A stretch of DNA of 64,000 bases, taken from assembly GCF_964204645.1 (NCBI RefSeq), contig NC_134027.1:6046485-6110484 (forward strand), written 5' to 3'. Positions 61,001 through 64,000 of this stretch are shown piece after piece. This DNA is from Tubulanus polymorphus (lineage: Eukaryota > Animalia > Nemertea). Position numbers and translations under genes: made by a program. How positions within the stretch are numbered: the stretch's first letter is position 1; every line of letters starts with the position of its first letter. Under the pieces are notes generated by a model. It did no database searches. It was not told the origin of the DNA and worked only from the letters and a program-made list of their open reading frames with translations.

Positions 61001-64000
61001 TTATGTTGGATTGCTGTGTTGTCGAATTCCAAAACGTAACAATGGTTATGATACAAAATAGATCCACTTTATACAAGAATATAAGTCAATATGAATTAAA
61101 AATATATTGTATGAAAATAAATCTAAATTTGTCTGTTGATTTTTCGATTATGTTGTATTCGTAAAGAAATAGTCGTCTTTTTATCAATACGTTCATGACG
61201 AATAGTTCTAGCGCATTCACAAAATATAGCGAAAGGATGAGCTGTGTCTCGTTTAGCCCCCGGGACATGACTGCAGTAGCTACGTTGGACGGCTGCGTAT
61301 CTATGTGGAAAATGCTTTGAGATACCATTTAACTCGATAATTTAAACACGAAACCATCAGTTTTCACTACATCGGCATTATGATTATTTGCGTGGAGCTT
61401 TTCTGTATGAGTTTGTTTTTTCACGAAACCACGTTTGCTGAAGAATCAGGTGGCAGAGACGCGGTTATATCAATGTTGTTGTGACGGAGCCGTCTGCTCT
61501 TGCTTCAATTTCGGTCATAAATATCTAATAATCCTAATAATCAATCTGTGACTTAAATTCTATGTATTTTCAGCGCGGTCGCCTGGAACGAACGACATCC
61601 ATGACGCAGTATGACGATTATAAAGAGCACGAAGACACGAAGGATGTTAGAAATACTCTTAGTCGCCAAGGGTCACTGCCGTCATCACTAGATGACCCAG
61701 AAGCAACGTTCGTCGATAGGCAATCATTGCAACTGCTGCGGGAACACGTTAGCGCCAGCAAAAACTCCATAAAAGGTATATTATGTTGTCCTGCCTTCTT
61801 CCTCTGCGCCACCAACGAGAGTTCATGTCAGTTGAAAAAATTCCCACAGGAGTTCATGGTCGAACAGCTTCATTTATCAAAGTCAGCTCGGCTCAGTGTT
61901 AGCTGCTACATGTGGCTTTAAATCCATACAGATATCTATTGATTGATATTAGCCTCTTTTGGCCTGAAACCTTGATTTCATTCCTACCTGATATTTCACT
62001 CTAGAAATCAATTTTTGTGGAATAGTCCTGGTTTCTTTTCCATTGTAGTTTCATTTTAACTGCTACATTGCCTTACGTATTATCTACTAGATATTGATTA
62101 TGTTGGCGCTAAAGGGTTAAAATATATCGAAAACCAACAAAGTTACTGAACAAACACGGTAGAATCAATTTCTAATGTACAAATCATACAATGGAAAAAG
62201 AGAAAACGCAAGGCGTCGATTTCTGTTGGAAAGAACTTTTTATTTTACAATTTTTATCGGCGTTGCGAACGGTTTCTATGTTTCATTCTCACATTTCCTC
62301 ACATAATATCGATAGAAATCTAACTGATTACCCGATAAATGCTTTATCATTCCACGGAAGTCCATAATCATTCGAAAGACACGAAAATTTATAGAAATGT
62401 TTCTCATAATGTTTGCCATTTTACGATTGTATCTAACCCTTATCATTGTGAATAAATTGGTGCTGTTTTTTTTTTCAGAGGAACTGAATATGGAACAACA
62501 AAATGTTTACTCGCAATTGGAACCCTCTTTTCCACCAGACGTAGCGCCACAAATGCTTGCAGATATCGCAGGATACGGATATGATATATCATCAATGAAA
62601 AAAGACGAAGTGGTTTCTGATTTACCTAGTAGAACGCCTGATGGCCAAGAGGGCGATTTCAATCGCTCAGACAGACCAAGGACACTCAATTTCACCAGAC
62701 AGGAGAAGTCCCAAGATTCGGAAAGTCCACTTATCGATGCAAATCAGAAAGAAAGACATGCGGAAGTTCAGTCGGAAGCTTTGCTGGCAGACAGTACAAG
62801 AGGCGTAGATAAATCTGACTGTAAACGCCAAAAACCTACGGATGATAAAACTAAACAAGCTCCTCAGCGTTCAACCAAGGGCTCTAGAGGAAAAGATACA
62901 AATGACAGGGAGAGGGGGAAAGATTTCAATAGAGGAGGAAATAACAGACACGAAGAATCATCCGAAGGTAAAGATCAGACATCACGGGAGAAAGGAAGAC
63001 ATGGAGAAAAATCTCAGCGAATTATACGTGACGATGATGATGTGGACATTGAGGAGATTGATCGCAGTTCTAAATCATATGACCGACGTGACAGAGACCG
63101 AGATCATGAGCGCAGTAGGTCAGAAAGATCGGACAGAACGAGAACCAAAGCCCGCGATAGAGACAGAGATAGAGAACATAAGAAGTCGAGGAATCGTGAC
63201 CGTGATCGAGATCGAGATCGAGATGGAGAAAGGGGAAGAGACGCCGATAAAGAAGGGTCAAGGTCAAGTGGGAGTGGAAGTGGAAGGGAACGAAGCAAAG
63301 ATAAAGCAGACCGTGAGACATCGAAATGTGACCGAGAACAAGATCTAGACAGATCAACAGCAAAAGACAAAGATAGACAAAGGAGAGCTAGGGATTCGGA
63401 AAGAGAGAGACACAGAGGTGACAATAGTCGCAGCGGTAACGTGAAACAGAATGATAAGAAACTCACCGACGAGAACGCACAACACGGCCAAAGTCAGGCG
63501 GATAGTTTTGACAGGGAGTTAGAAAGGTTTGGAACATCGCAGGTTGAAATAAGCCAACCACCAATAGACAATCAAATATCAGAGCAAGTTAGACACGAAG
63601 CTATGGTAGTGGAAGCAACAGATGCTGTGTCAATGAAATCACGAATTATTGACGAAGAGAGATGTGAAATCACGAGTGCCTCAAATACTGAATTCGGATT
63701 TTTCCCAGTCCATCCAGAACCTAGAACTACTAATAATCATATTGCTATAGAGCCCGCCCACCCTGAACCACGTCTGCCAGCACAAATAACGGAAGATGAT
63801 CAGCAATTACCTCCGCAATGTCAAATCGAAACACTTTCCCAGTCACCAAGCTATGAAAATCAAGATGTGATTATTGATTCGTCTTTCGCTCTTCAGCAAT
63901 CCACATTTCTACAAGAAGAACATGTTATTACAGATCCTACCCCAAAAACTAATAACCAAAATAATTTCCAGCAAATCACTTCATCAGGATGGGATAATTA
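55025..64000 (+). CDS. PCLO: Piccolo/Bassoon-like (RIM superfamily) presynaptic active-zone scaffold, 5' part; continues past the window
   Basis: Exons 55025-55269, 57252-57483, 58766-58897, 61574-61775 and 62479->64000 (open to the window end). N-terminal MGNE, PDLSHLTEEERMQIASVIARA helix, zinc finger CPVC..CSDC..CEHC..WLCIMC, SGLWFHG motif, then an RD/RE-rich disordered region. Confidence 0.8.
61949..62120. mobile_element. Possible piggyBac-like MITE remnant
   Basis: Right end GCGCTAAAGGGTTAA; degenerate left end TTAGCCTCTTTT. Confidence 0.3.

Noticed and set aside
62842-63466. Alternative-frame and antisense ORFs over the RD-repeat exon (similar ones overlap DAG1 and FHOD exons)
   Set aside because: Shadow ORFs produced by repetitive, stop-poor coding sequence.
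1-64000. CRISPR arrays, prokaryotic operons, rRNA genes, autonomous transposase or reverse transcriptase ORFs
   Set aside because: None seen; the window is spliceosomal-intron-rich animal DNA.

Overview
Eukaryotic, AT-rich, intron-dense invertebrate DNA, most likely from a lophotrochozoan with a compact genome (the species cannot be determined from sequence alone). Six protein-coding genes can be assembled by hand from splice sites and recognisable motifs: the 3' half of a calcium-channel alpha2-delta subunit (CACNA2D, +, with a U12 AT-AC intron), an apparently SH3-less NCKIPSD/SPIN90 (-), dystroglycan (DAG1, +), the molybdate-anion transporter MFSD5 (-), a FHOD/Fhos formin with two alternative N-termini (+), and the 5' part of a Piccolo/Bassoon-like presynaptic scaffold that also carries a RIM-type Rab-binding motif (+). 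The main points of interest are: (1) a ~500-nt GC-rich island of nested helices between the DAG1 and MFSD5 stop codons, probably in the MFSD5 3' UTR, which is a candidate undescribed structured regulatory RNA; (2) an invertebrate Piccolo/Bassoon-type gene whose neighbours (CACNA2D, NCKIPSD, DAG1) mirror human 3p21.31/7q21; (3) a nested transposon (P-like MITE > inner inverted-repeat element > tRNA-like Pol III cassette) in MFSD5 intron 1; (4) several unannotated cassette exons and microexons. All gene models and RNA folds were read by eye, so exon limits may be off by a few nt.
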